From Eledone cirrhosa (taxonomy: Eukaryota), in the NCBI GenBank assembly GCA_964016885.1, contig OZ024740.1, positions 283,154,001-283,218,000 of the forward strand: a DNA stretch of 64,000 bases, written 5' to 3'. A model generated the notes under the pieces. That model did not search any database. It was not told the DNA's origin and worked only from the letters and a program-made list of their open reading frames with translations. A program made the translations under genes and the position numbers. Each line of letters begins with the position of its first letter. Within the stretch, counting starts at the first letter, position 1. Of this stretch, positions 1 to 14,750 are shown piece by piece.

Positions 1-899
1 GGAAAAACATTAAAGTCATGAATAACAGAACATGATTACTATAAGGAAAGAAATTATGCACCACAATGGAGTAAAATTAACATACGAGACAAATAGTCAT
101 ATTAGAAATTCGATGGAATCAAAGAAACAATACATATAGTAGTGATTAATAATCTAAAACCCTTTGCAGACCAACACAATACATACACCAAATTTAGACC
201 AATAATTGCCACCATAAGTGTTTGTGGCAAAGGAGTTAGTTTTTAAAACCTACCTGAAAATAGATATTCTGTAATCAAACTTAACATAGATGAAGTTTAA
301 ATTTAGATATAGAACTCTTCCTCCAAATGACTGAAGGGTAAATGATAAAAATATATTCTATTCTTTTTCTTTAGTCAGTTGGGAAGAGAAATGCCAATAG
401 CTTCATTTAAGATCTCCGAGATATGTTAAATATCCTTAAAGGTAAATATCCTTAAACTGGCGGCCTGGCCTAAATAATTGTAACAGAGCAGACCCCAATC
501 AATGCACCCAAGGTCCACCATTCAAGTAGACTACAGTGGGATTTGAAACCAGAGTGCACAGCTGAAACATATCGTCTAAGGACTGCATTTGTAGAAATAA
601 GAAATATATATATTGAAATATATATATTGAAAAATAAGTTAGATTACATTAACAGGAAAAATGATGGACGTGGTGAAACATTTATATACATCGTCAATAG
701 AAATGCATATTATAGTTTTAATTAACATGGGTACCTTTTGAATAATTAGAGTATATCTTTGTGGCTTCTTAGTTGACTGAATTGACATTTCTATGTTGTC
801 AGCGTTATTGAAATGAAATGTTGGATTAATTGACATGCTCCGTGTCATTTTTAAATATTCAGACTCATCACTAGTATTCGTTGGATTAATATTTATTTC

Positions 900-1080
900 T
901 TATTTAGAAACAAGGCCAACAAATATGAGAGAGGGTAAAGTTAATTAAATCAACCAAGGTATTTGGCTGTTGATCGACCCAAGAACGATGAATGGTACTG
1001 TTGAGCTCAGCGGGATTTGAACTTAGAATATAAAGAGCGATGAGGTATATACCTCAAAGGCATTTGATTCGACGTTCACC
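900..1080 (-). mobile_element. Degenerate tRNA-derived SINE, same family as 20670-20853
   Basis: Reverse complement reads AAGTTCAAATCCCGCTGAG...CATTCATCGTTCTTGGGTCGATCAA, resembling the B-box and central domain of the 20670 copy. Confidence 0.5.
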
Positions 1081-2326
1081 TTATCCTCCACTTTTAGTCA
1101 TAGAATTATTATTGAATAGCAACAAATGAACAATAAAGCAGGATTCGGAACTGAATATTGGCATAATTTACACGAGATGTAAGGATTCAAGTAAAATGCT
1201 TTTTCGATAATGAGCCACTGATACATGACTTTAAGAATCCAAGGGAACATCTATTAGAATGTTATCAGGCAGTATCAAACTCTTGAACCCCACATTCAGA
1301 GATACATGTACACACGTACAAACCTATACCCACAATATGCAATGTGGAAAACATTCAAATTGGTAAGTACTTTCCTCCAACTTCCTTTACATCACTAATG
1401 TCCAACTGCAAAACTCTTCCAGATTCTGAAACACATTATGAAGCCACCGAATATATTACCTCACTTTTCTCATCTCATCTCAATTTTTCTTTCGCCAGAC
1501 ACTTAGCATAAGACCAAAGGACCTAGATATTTATTTATTTTCTCCGGTACTGGCATATAGAAAATTGATCTGTTCCTTCCCTTTTACCAAATACACATTT
1601 CATTTTCCTCACACCAAATCTCATTGAGACGTTGTTTACTGTTGTTTACTGTTGTTTACTGGCTGACAAATGTTGTTTACATGTTGTTTACTGGCTGACA
1701 AATAAGTATTGTACGTATGTCAGATTATGAAACCTAAGGGTGCGCAAAGATATTCATCTGTACGAATTATAATAAATTAGCTTTTTTATAGAATTAATTT
1801 ATAGAGCTATATATAGAGCGATTTTTTTTTTAACACTCTTACTACACACACGCATACACACACATATATGTACGGATGTGACTGTTTACCTGTGTGGGTG
1901 AATGGTGTAGTGTGTGTGTGTATATACTATATCATACGAGCGTCAATTTTATGTGATAAACAGGTGTAAACGTGTGGCACATAAACTTTTAACTGTTCGT
2001 ATGATATATAAATCTATATGATTAACGATTCTGAAGTGCATAGACATCCTTGCATGCATAGTGATCATGTGATCAACGTTTTACTCTCCATAAATAATAT
2101 AACATCCCCGTTGAAAGGTCTCTCTCGTATAAATTTTATTTTCCGTCGTGGTTTTACTTATCATTTTATCTAAATGTTATGTTATGTACTATATAGACTT
2201 GTATTTTAATGATGGGTATGACTTATATATATATATAGTGTGTGTGTGTGCGCGTTAAAATGAGTTTGTTCATTAGAGAAGAGGCGACAACTCGGAATGA
2301 ATACCTCGACACCTCCTATAAAGTGT

Positions 2327-2329
<3 letters not shown>

Positions 2330-2412
<83 letters not shown>

Positions 2413-2477
2413 CTATCTATCTCTATCTATCTATCTATATATATATATCTGTCTATCTATCTATCTATCTATCTAAC
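2330..2477. repeat. (TC)n/(TCTA)n microsatellite
   Basis: Direct reading. Confidence 0.95.
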
Positions 2478-3935
2478 CGATGCCTTCCGATGACGTCGTC
2501 GGACGCTGGACGGAGGACCGGTAAAGCTGCTCGGGGTCTGGTTTGGTCCTGACCTCCAGGTGGAGAAGAACTGGAACGAGGTGACGGCCGAGATGTTTGC
2601 GCTCACCCAGAAGTTGGCCGAGTGCAAACTATCCTTGAAAGGTCGAGCGGAGGTGGCGAACACTTTTATAGCGTCCGTCATCTACTATCACTTGACCGTT
2701 GTGCCTTGTCCAGCCAAAACGCATACCAAAATGGAGCTCGCGCTCTTCAAATTCCTTTGGAAGAAACGGGCTCCTTTGGTGAGAAGATCCATCTGCTGCC
2801 AACACCCTTCAAACGGAGGGCTGGGGGTGCCGTGGCTGACGATGCGCAAACACGCGCTCAGGCTGCGGCACCTCCACGTATTCCGCACCAGACAACCGGT
2901 GTGGGCCCCGTTCGTGAGGCGAGCCTTCCCACGACTCGTCTCGCTGACCGAGCTGCAGTCCTGGGTCAAGCAAAGACAGAGGAAAATGGGCGACTGGCAC
3001 ATCGAATGTACTCAGGCGCTCACAGTCCTCTGGCAAACAGACCCGGCGATCAGTAGAGACTCCACTTCGACATTCTATAGAGGGTTGGTCCGCAGCAAGT
3101 GCGACGACACGCTCGGAGAAACTCTAGGCGTAGAGGAGGACGAACTGGCCAGTCTGTTCGGTAGGACCTTCCACCCGGGACCAATGGACAACTTCCAGAA
3201 GTCCCTGGCCTGGCAGTGCTACCGATGAGCTCGAGACAAGCTCTACAGACACGGGCTCCCGGGCAGGGACCCTTCGAAAAAGATCTGTCCGAGATGCGTG
3301 CGCGACGAGGAAACCGTCGCGCACGCATTTGTACACTGCCCGGGTGTTACCGACCTGTGGGGCTATGTAGAACGACTATTGTCGCGGGTGGGACCAATCC
3401 GGTTGACCACCGAGTCCATTGTCATGATCAAACCGCCACCCTCCTTCAAAAACGAGGGAGAGGCTGTTTTTCTATGTGTTATGGCTATGGTGAAAGAGGT
3501 TATATGGTGGACGAGGTTAAAAGGGCTGAGGTCAGACACCTTTCTCTCCGGCGAGCAACTGATTCGTTTTTTCAAATATCATTTTGGAAGAAGAATCAGG
3601 ATGGAGAGAGAGGTGCTGTACCCCAGCAAATTTTATAAAAGGTGGGTGAATGTGGCAAAGATGGCCCGAGTGGTTGGGCCTTCTCTCTCTATAAGCCTGT
3701 AGGTTGAGGAAAAAGAGGAAGAGAGGAAGGGAGTACTCATTCTTGGTGCTCCTGGAGATGAGGGTTGTACATTTTTTCGCGGTGTCTAAAACCCCTGTGT
3801 AACACCTACCCCCTATTGGGGATTTCGATTGTTATTTGTTATTGTATTAATAGTTTTATTTTCATATACCTGTATGTAAACTCCCCATTTGTATTTGTCC
3901 CCTTCTTTTGTGCCCTTGTGGATAATAAAGAAATT
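2478..3935 (+). mobile_element. 5'-truncated L1/Tx1-type LINE (ORF2 C-terminal part plus 3'UTR) with 20-bp target-site duplication
   Basis: ORFs 2560-3228 and 3298-3702 are homologous to the ORF2 C-terminus of the other copies (GGLGVP, ETVAHAFVHC); AATAAA at the 3' end; TATCTATCTATCTATCTAAC at both 2458-2477 and 3936-3955. Confidence 0.92.
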
Positions 3936-3955
3936 TATCTATCTATCTATCTAAC

Positions 3956-4092
3956 TTTCTATCTCTATCTCCCTCTCTCTCTCTGTCTCTCCCTCCCTTT
4001 CACTCTCCCTGTATATATAAATATATATATATATATACACATATATATATATATATATAAATATATATATGTGTGATTGTGTGTGTGTGTGT

Positions 4093-4130
<38 letters not shown>

Positions 4131-4756
4131 ATGCGTGGGTGTGGGTGTGTGTGTGTATGTGTGTGTGTGTGTATGTGTGTGTATGTGTGTGTGTGTGTTT
4201 GTGTATTTGTGCGTGTGTATGTGTGTATGTGTGTGTGTGTGTGATTGTGCGCGCGTGTGTGTGCATTAATAAATTCATATGTCTATATCTGTGTATTATG
4301 TGCAAGTTCTTTGCAACAACTATGCTGTATGTTAACTGAAAATGACATCATCGCAAATATTAAACATTTCAAGACAGTAGATTGAAGCAGCTGCTTAGTG
4401 GTGGTGGAAGTGGTTATGGCAGGGGTTGATTTATGAAAATTTCATAAGGGCTCACATGATTGTTAACGGACTGGTCGGTTGTAACTATGGAAACTGCAGG
4501 ATCTATTTTAGGGAGTCAATACAGGGTGTGTGGAGGAGAGGGGGGTACATGGATATATGAATTATGGAAAGATCAGCTTCTGAAAGGAAATGGGCAGAGG
4601 CGTGTAAAAGAGATTGGGAGAGTGGCAGAAATGATAGAGATCGAAAGAGTAGCATGATATAAAGAAAGAGAAAGTGATAGTGCTTTAATAGGGAATAACG
4701 TTGTATGTATAGGAATTGAAATTCATTTACTTGTGTATGGGGGAATGTTTATATAA

Positions 4757-4787
<31 letters not shown>

Positions 4788-4822
4788 CTTGCGTTTGTGT
4801 ATGTATGTGTGTGTACATGTGT

Positions 4823-4865
<43 letters not shown>

Positions 4866-5100
4866 GAGAGTGAGGGAGTTGGAGAGAGAGAGATTGAGAG
4901 AAAAGAGAGTGAACTGTGAAAGTGTGAAATAAAAACCATGACTCTCTCACGCACACGCACACAAACACGCACACTCACACACACGCACACACAGGCACAC
5001 ACACACACACACACACAAACACGCACACTCACACACACGCACACACAGGCACATACACACACACACACAAACACGCACACTCACACACACATACACATGG
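3956..5100. repeat. Compound (TC)/(TA)/(TG)/(CA) microsatellite blocks
   Basis: Direct reading; source of the VCVC and THTH ORFs. Confidence 0.9.
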
Positions 5101-5574
5101 ATATATATGTTGATCCCGTGTTGAGTCGTGGGTATCCGCAGTAAATAAGGTACTCAATACTTATGTAGAGTGATGATTTCATATGAATGAAACAGTTCAA
5201 GTTCTGTAGAAGTCGTTTCTGTCTCTCTCCCTCTCTCGCTCGCTCTCTTTCCCCTCTCTTTCTCTCTCTCTCTCTCCCTATATATATATATATATATATA
5301 TCATAAAGTATGCCCATATTTGATAACATATATACACCATTTCCTCTCCCAATTAGCATAATTAACCGCATAAAAAATCAATCAGAAGAGACTATAAAAA
5401 TAAAGGCTCTTATGAAGAAATATTTGATAAATAAACTACAGCAGCCTCTTCGCGTCGGACCGCAATAGAATATTTAGTTAACACTTCAACAGCATGTAGA
5501 AATCGACTAAATATACCGTCAACCATACACAATCAGGTATAAAATTAAAGTTAGAAGAAATGCGTACACTCTTA

Positions 5575-5648
5575 CCATGATTATGTCCCTACCCTGGGGT
5601 TTCGTTCGCGTTTTGAGTTTCGAAATCATCAGGAGACAAACTCATAGG
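5575..5648 (-). ncRNA. Type I hammerhead ribozyme motif (inverted copy, first stem II pair mismatched)
   Basis: Reverse complement: TGTCTC CTGATGA TTTCG..CGAAC GAAA CCC-CA-GGG TA GGGACA. Confidence 0.65.
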
Positions 5649-5957
5649 ACAGGTAGTTTTCCAATATATTGCTCTGATTATTTAATTTATTAATTCTTCA
5701 TTGAGCCACATCGTGAATGGTTGCCACATATATATCTGTGACGTTGTTTAGTTTGTGTATATGTAAATCTTTATATTTAATAATCTCCCATTAGGTTGAG
5801 ATGCAATTTGGGCAATATTGGGCTGCGCTTTCTAGCAACCAGCGCACTCACCGTAAGCAACCAATGACATTCTTTCTAACTTGACCACTGCCACGTGACG
5901 ATTCTTAGCCATTTTGAATCTGTTTCTGGCGGGGATCGCTTAGGAAAACTTCCTGTC

Positions 5958-6057
5958 CTATGAGTTTGTCTCCTGATGAGTTCGAAACTCGAGATTTTAT
6001 CCTTAATAGGATATCTCAAAACGCGAACGAAACCCCAGGGTAGGGACATAATCATGG
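5958..6057 (+). ncRNA. Type I hammerhead ribozyme motif with branched stem II
   Basis: Stem I TGTCTC/GGGACA extended by ATGA/TCAT; core CTGATGA 5973-5979; stem II GTTCG/CGAAC; GAAA 6029-6032; stem III CCC/GGG; GUA site ending at 6042. Confidence 0.8.
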
Positions 6058-6467
6058 TAAGAGTGTACGCATTTCTTCTAACTTTAATTTCATACCTGAT
6101 TGTGTATGGTTGACGGTATATTTAGTCGATTTCTACATGCTGTTGAAATGTTGGGTAAATATTCTATTGCGGTCGGCCGCGAAGAGGCTGCTGTAGTTTA
6201 TTTATCAAATATTTCTTCATAGGAACCTTTATTCTTATAGCCTGGTCTAATTGATTTTTTATGTGGTTAATTATGCTAATTGGGAGAGGAAATGGTGTAT
6301 ATATTTTATCAAATGATTCTATGGACATACTTTATGATATATTGCTCTGATTATTTAATTTATTAATTCTTCATTGAGCCACATCGTGAATGGTTGCCAC
6401 ATCTATATATGTGACTTTGTATAGTTTGTGTATATGTAAATCTTTATATTTTATATATATATAAATG

Positions 6468-6499
<32 letters not shown>

Positions 6500-6512
<13 letters not shown>

Positions 6513-6559
6513 GCCTGTGTGTGTCTATCTGTGTGTGTATATATATATATGTATATATA

Positions 6560-6658
<99 letters not shown>

Positions 6659-6716
6659 TATATGTACACATATATATATATACATATATATATATACACA
6701 CACAGATAGACACACA
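6500..6716. repeat. Inverted duplication centred on a long (TA)n tract
   Basis: GTGTGTCTATCTGTGTGTGTA...TGTGTACA mirrored by TGTACACA...TACACACACAGATAGACACAC. Confidence 0.8.
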
Positions 6717-6731
6717 TAATAATAATAATAA

Positions 6732-7032
6732 TAATAAAAATAATGAATAAAAACAAAGAAACAGTTCCTTATATTAAAAAATTCATCATTTTACGATCAT
6801 TTCGAGGATATATATGTGTATACATACCTGTGAATATACATGTGAATATACATACCTACACATATATATATGTGTAGATATGTATATTCCCTCTGATAGT
6901 TTGTAAAACTTTTACATAGATCTATATGATATACATACCAACACACACATATATATCCTCGAAATGATCGTAAAATGATGATTTTTTTAATATAAGGAAC
7001 TGTTTCTTTATTTTTATTCATTATTTTTATTA
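6732..7032. repeat. Inverted repeat with arms of about 88 bp
   Basis: 6732-6819 is the reverse complement of 6945-7032 with few mismatches. Confidence 0.9.
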
Positions 7033-7232
7033 ATTTATCTTGACTCTGTTTTCCTGTGTTTTTCATCGAAAAATTTTTGAATACATCTTCTCTTTTCATG
7101 ATATTTGGATTACATTGAGACCTTCATACGGATTGGACACTATCGTATATTTTGGTAGATTTATCTACATAATTTGCTCCTATATATATATATATATATA
7201 TACATATACATCTTCTACAGGACTAGAACTGA

Positions 7233-7263
<31 letters not shown>

Positions 7264-8499
7264 TTCACCTATATATAAGAAAACTTGTGTGCACATGCAT
7301 ATGTGTTTGATAAGTTATTATTTAATTTTTTCTACATGTATGATTGTCAGTCTGTTTTAACATATATGACTATGTATCTATGTGTTAATGTATTTACGTG
7401 TACATTACTCTATCTGTAATGGATGCATGTATTATGTGTTAACCTCATTGTATATATCTATCTGATTAATGCAAAAACTTCTGAAATCTAAAAAGAATAG
7501 ATCTTCCAAAGCTCAGAGCAGAGTCGATTTCTGTGGGCGAAATTGGGAAAAAATACGGATATAGTTGGATTGAAAAATAGAAATAGAGACGTTGTGAGGA
7601 TGGAAAGTAGGAAAGAGCGTGCTAAATATGCTAAGAAAAAAGAAAGAGATTGGAAAAGACACATGTCGCCAGGTATATGAGAGAGAAAGGAGGAAGGATA
7701 AGATACGACGAAAACAAGAGAGGGAGAGAGAGAGTAGGCGCAAATACACACATATATATAATAATAGAATTGTTGTCAAACGATGTTATAAGTTTCAGAG
7801 AGAGTAAAATCTGCGAGTGAGAACTTATCAATAAATATGGGCAGACTGCATATGACTGTTCCACATCAACCCGCAATTAATTTACATATGTATACAAATA
7901 TACATTGATACCTATATACAAACATGCATAATGTATCTGATCAGTAGGTTACGGTTTTGATCGCTTTTCCATACATTCTGTATCGACGTGCACAATCCGT
8001 TAAGATGGATATAACTGGACTTTGAAACCTAACGTAGTGTTTTTGTTCTGTCTATAAATATAAATAAGTGATATACATATATATATTCATATGTGTTTGT
8101 GTGTGTGTGCGCGTGCATGTGTCTGTGTTTATAAATTTTCAAAGATAAGTCCGGATTCCAAACGTTATTTGAATGTTGCCCAAGCACCATACCTATTTCT
8201 TATGACCTGGTTACATCAACAGATCATGAAGTAAGACGTTGATATCATCAGGTGTAAATTGCAACAATTAAGTAAGCTTTTACAGGATGGCGGCTATCAT
8301 AAACAGATAATGGACTTGATTCGGAGATGGCACACCATTCAGTGTTATTGTTGCGATTAATTGCCTCCAAATTGTCATCACCAGATTGTCATCACCAGAT
8401 TACGAATTGAAGCTTAAGCTGAAGATCACTGTGGGTGGTGCAGGTATATGCACCAAACAAGGATTCGGAATACAGGTCCTGCCTTGATGATGTCACTGC

Positions 8500-8710
8500 A
8501 GCGGTAGATGTAGATAACAGTGATATATCCTGATGGGAGACTTCAATGCAAATGTTGGCACTGACCACCTGACATGGAAATAAATGTTTGAAAGGAATGG
8601 CGATCCCGATCTAAATACGAATAAAGAGGCTTGACTAAACTTCCGTTCTAGCAATGGATGCTCTACTATGAACACGTTCTTCCAGTACAGATACATCCAT
8701 AAATATACAT
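8500..8710 (+). pseudogene. RTE-clade LINE AP-endonuclease fragment
   Basis: Translates ILMGDFNANVGTD...MNTFFQYR, with stop codons. Confidence 0.6.
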
Positions 8711-8825
8711 GAAATAAACCGCAGTATTTTATTCATAATTTTCGCTCTTAGTATACTTTCATCAAGTAATCAACATATGGTTATTTAACACAGCATAAAT
8801 GGCATATATGCGCGTTTGGCAATGC

Positions 8826-9180
8826 CTCTTTGAAAGTAATGTGAAACTCATTAAAGAAACGTTAGATTATTGCTAGACACAATGTTATCAAATATTCAAT
8901 TGAAAATATGGTGATGTAATTTAAAATAACGTTATTTCAATATCAAACGAACCGATATCCAAGATTTGAAGAAACATAATTTCTATACTAGACGTACCGT
9001 CACCCACTGTCTCTTTGAAAGTAGTGTGAAACAGTTTAAAGAAACGTTACTCAATACTAGACATAGGGTTAACTAATGTTCCTCTGGAAAGAGATTGAAA
9101 TGATTAGAAACAAACATTATTGCAATAACAGACGTACAGTTGCCAGGATTTAAAGAAACATTATCTTAAAACTTGGTATT
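8826..9180. repeat. Old diverged tandem duplication, 185-bp period
   Basis: CTCTTTGAAAGTA.TGTGAAAC...TTAAAGAAACGTTA at 8826 and 9011. Confidence 0.65.
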
Positions 9181-9559
9181 CGAGTAGACTGAATGTTATG
9201 ATGTCCGGTAGCGACATTTGTAGGAAAGAAATAAATCGTAGGTTTTTACCTGACATGCTTTGGACTCCGGGACGTTTTTCAGTCATAACCGGGTAACATA
9301 ATTTCGGACAGGCTAAAACTTAGTGAGGCACTGAACGTTCGAAAATGAGATGAGCACCACCAGTATTTCAAAAGACTCCTGAAATGCAATGACGGACACA
9401 GCCAAACGTCGAGAGTCGCAATGAAGATATTGTTTGTATCAGTGGCAGGAGTTTGATTGTTTAATGTATAACTAAAAAGGGAAACTGAAAGAAGGCCCAG
9501 TCATATATATAGATATATATTGTAAATAGTATACGACGCCTAATATTCTAAGAACATGC

Positions 9560-9790
9560 CCGTAGTACTGGAGATGTAATCTCTCGATTCATAGATGCTG
9601 CGACTCGTAATAAACGAGTCTGTGATCTCCAAGCTATGCAACCTTTCGAGAAACGTTATTCCAAAGACCTTTCGGAGGACTCACATTTCAGGTGCTTGTA
9701 TTCGCAGTTATATTCATTCCATCATTACTCAAGATTTATTCATGACCATAGGTAAGGGTAGGCATAAACACCGAATTAAAGATTGCGAGT
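9560..9790 (-). pseudogene. RTE-clade (Rex3/Expander-like) LINE C-terminal fragment
   Basis: Reverse translation gives PTLTYGHE...IQAPEM*VLRKVFGIT. Confidence 0.55.
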
Positions 9791-9899
9791 TTGGCCATTA
9801 CACCCACCTGCCTTCTTCTGATAACTGAATGTTGAAGATGGTGTTTTAATGCAGCAACTCCAGCAACTATTGCACTCAATTCAGCCAGTCACCTTCCAT

Positions 9900-11373
<1,474 letters not shown>

Positions 11374-11386
11374 TTCAACTTGTATT

Positions 11387-11714
<328 letters not shown>

Positions 11715-13002
11715 TGATGCAGTCCCTATACCCTTAATAATACGAGAAATGAATTCTTTGCATCGGAGTGGACATGGACTGTTTACGAGACTAGAAGGAA
11801 ACATATGTAACACTATTTAGACCGTCTACAATATTTATGCCACCTACAATAGATAACAACAAGCAAAACGAATTACTAAAGGGAAAAAAATCTACCCGAA
11901 ACCGTGACCTCTTCTGATGCACCAACGTTTATGCATTCATGAGTTACAACTGCACATAAGAGTAATTAAGTAAGCAATGCTAACTAGCTGCATCTTCATC
12001 ACCAGGCGTGCTCTCGAAAAATCAAACTTCGAAGTGCCAGCCACCCTGTAGTAGTTCAAGGGTTTGTAGTATAACGTGACCTTAGGTGAGGAGGGCCGTT
12101 AAGTATTATCGAAGCGGAAATTCGTGGTGTGAATAAAAGAAAGAGATATTCACTCAAACCTCAAATTAAACTCTCAAACTACGTCTCATGAATAAATTAA
12201 AACGAGGAGAGTAATATTATTTGAAATCGTAATAGCACTGCGGCAACAGAAGTCGAAATTCATGAGGTAGTCCCTATAGAGTGAATGATGCGAAAAGAGA
12301 TTTTACATATATATATATATATATATATAAATGGAAAAAATGAAACAAAATTTCATTTCTCACTCTTAGTACGGCTGTTACTTAAATATAAGTATGTATA
12401 CGTACATACATATATGTATACAGACGTACAGTAGTATGTATATATATACATACATGCACACATATATATATGTACGTATGGATTTACCGAACATTTATTA
12501 TAATGCTCGGTTTGTTTGTAAACAAACATCCAGAATTAAGCCGTAGTGTCTAGCAACCATCGTTGCTCATTTGTTCAATTGTGCGTAATTCTTTTCTTTC
12601 GCACGCTTGGCCAGGCCGGTCGGCATTTTTTTCTCTCTCTCGTCTACGATTTCACAGAACTTATGTTTACCGAATTCACAGACTAGACCCCTTCTTCCTC
12701 CCGTTAGACCTGTGCGAAATTCCTTCCTTGCTCACATTTCAACTAGGTTTGATGGTCTTTAGTCTCTCTCGTTCACGATTTCACCTAACTTATATTCATG
12801 GAAATTTTTGGACTTGACTCGCTCTTCCTCACTTTTCGTTGCTTCACCATCTTTGTTTGTTTACACTCTCGCTGTTCCCTTTATTTACATGTCCCAACGA
12901 CTTTCTTTAGCCGTTGCTCGCACCAACCGGAGGTATATGGTCTTTAAAGCGAAGAAATATCGATGATGGTTGGAAGATCACTGATGAAGGACCACTTTAT
13001 TC

Positions 13003-13029
<27 letters not shown>

Positions 13030-13034
<5 letters not shown>

Positions 13035-13980
13035 CAAAAAATAAAAATAAAGAATGAGGGGGGGGGGAAGAAGAAAAGAAAAGACATCAGAAAAAAGAGA
13101 GAGAAGAAAGGAAGAAAACGAAAAGAAATAGAAAAGGAATGAAGGACAAGGGAGGGATATAGGTATTGATATTTGTGGGTAATTAAAGGGGTTGTATACA
13201 ATGAGAGGGTCGAAAGTCTAAGTATATGCAGTTTGTCAGGTGGTAGTAAGAGGTTAAGGGTTCGATTTGCACATGTAGTGCGAAAACTTTTCTTCGAGTC
13301 TATGGTTACAATAAATCGATCTTTCGATTTTATTGTTGAGTAACATATTCTTCGAACACAAAATGTGGAACAGCTCAAGGTCACATAATCGACAGCTTCT
13401 CATACCACTCCAATATGGGGGCGCGTTCGATAATTTTTTCCACTTCAGGGTGTATTGATGGTTACTTTCCTTCAGTTGCCAGGTCTTATTCTCAAGGGTA
13501 GTTACATAACGATGCCGGGAATGTTTCATTGCGTAACGGTGTGTATACCAACGGGCTTTAAATGTATTCCCAGTCGCTCCGATTTAATACCATTTCTGGT
13601 TGTCTGATTCTATTGTGCATTGGTAAAGCAGGTTAGACTGCATACATTCGATATGTAATGGACAGGTTTCAGGTAGGTGGCAATTACAATTCTTGTCATG
13701 GGCAACCTTGGCATTATTAGTGAGCTGCGATGCCTGTACAAGTGTGTTACGTCTTGTTTGCCTATTAGTGGGTGGTTGTGTATTAGATATTCTGTTGTGT
13801 TCAATTGTAATTGTATTGTTATTGTTATAAATTTGTGTTCTTGTGTTGTTACGTATCTTTTTAGCGTTAAGCATCTTAATGTGCCTCCATGTTTGGTGCC
13901 GTGGAGTAAGATAGTCTAATAGATTTAGTGTTAAGGATTTTGCTGTATCTATGTGAATCTGGAAAGTGCTTTATTATTCT
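13030..13980 (-). mobile_element. Penelope-like element 3' fragment (GIY-YIG endonuclease)
   Basis: CNC..CPL..C..NLLYQC...WY*IG.T..FKARW..H...LKWK...CRLC..E in ORFs 13584-13874 and 13254-13529. Confidence 0.85.
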
Positions 13981-13984
13981 AAAT

Positions 13985-14110
13985 ATTTTATCGACCCCCG
14001 TAAGGATGAACGGCAAAGTTAACCTCGGCGGGATTTGAACTCAGAATGGCAAGGGCCGTAACTCTATGCGTCAAAGCATGGCGTCCGATCCTCTACCGAT
14101 ACTGCCAATA
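13985..14110 (-). mobile_element. tRNA-derived SINE, same family as 20670-20853
   Basis: Reverse complement: TTGGCAGTATCGGTAGAGGATCGGAC...GTTCAAATCCCGCCGAGG...TTCATCCTTACGGGGGTCGATAAAAT. Confidence 0.85.
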
Positions 14111-14657
14111 ATGTGGCATATATAGCCCCATTAACAGTCAACATTGGACATTAGAAGCTACGGGACTCCGACCTACCCTTAATAATTGCCAGGTAGAAAA
14201 TACTAAGGCAATTTGGTATAATGGTGGTATTTCTTCAACGCAAGCATAAACATGTGGGTTCAATTCCCGTGCGTGCTAATGCCCAATTTTCCGCTATGGG
14301 GTCCATAATCATTATTATTTTACTATTCATCTGCAGTACAAAGCTTCAATGATTTTCAAATTCATTCATTGTTTCGAAACACATGTTCTCTCTTACACAC
14401 ACACACATACACACACACACACGCACACACACACACACACAAACTTACCTCAACACTTAATTTTAAATCTTTAATTTTTAGTTTTAATTCTTATAATCCT
14501 ATTTAATTGTAAAACTCAACATTTGATAAGTTGAATTTTATTAATACATTGAATCCGGTAATATTTATATACATTATAAAACTCTTTTTTAAAAAAATTG
14601 TCCCTCTCATTTTTTCCGTGCTATTTCCAATTTTACCTCTTCTCTCTCTTTCTCTCT

Positions 14658-14750
<93 letters not shown>

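Larger units (their letters stand above)
5301..6451 (+). mobile_element. Non-coding Penelope-like or retrozyme-like element with inverted plus partial tandem repeats
   Basis: 5301-5662 is the reverse complement of about 5943-6337; 5664-5778 repeats directly at 6337-6451 (673-bp period); (TA)n on both sides; contains a hammerhead motif. Confidence 0.75.

Noticed and set aside
14215-14290. tRNA-like sequence (also near 19853)
   Set aside because: Only A/B-box-like remnants without a cloverleaf; more likely SINE heads than tRNA genes.
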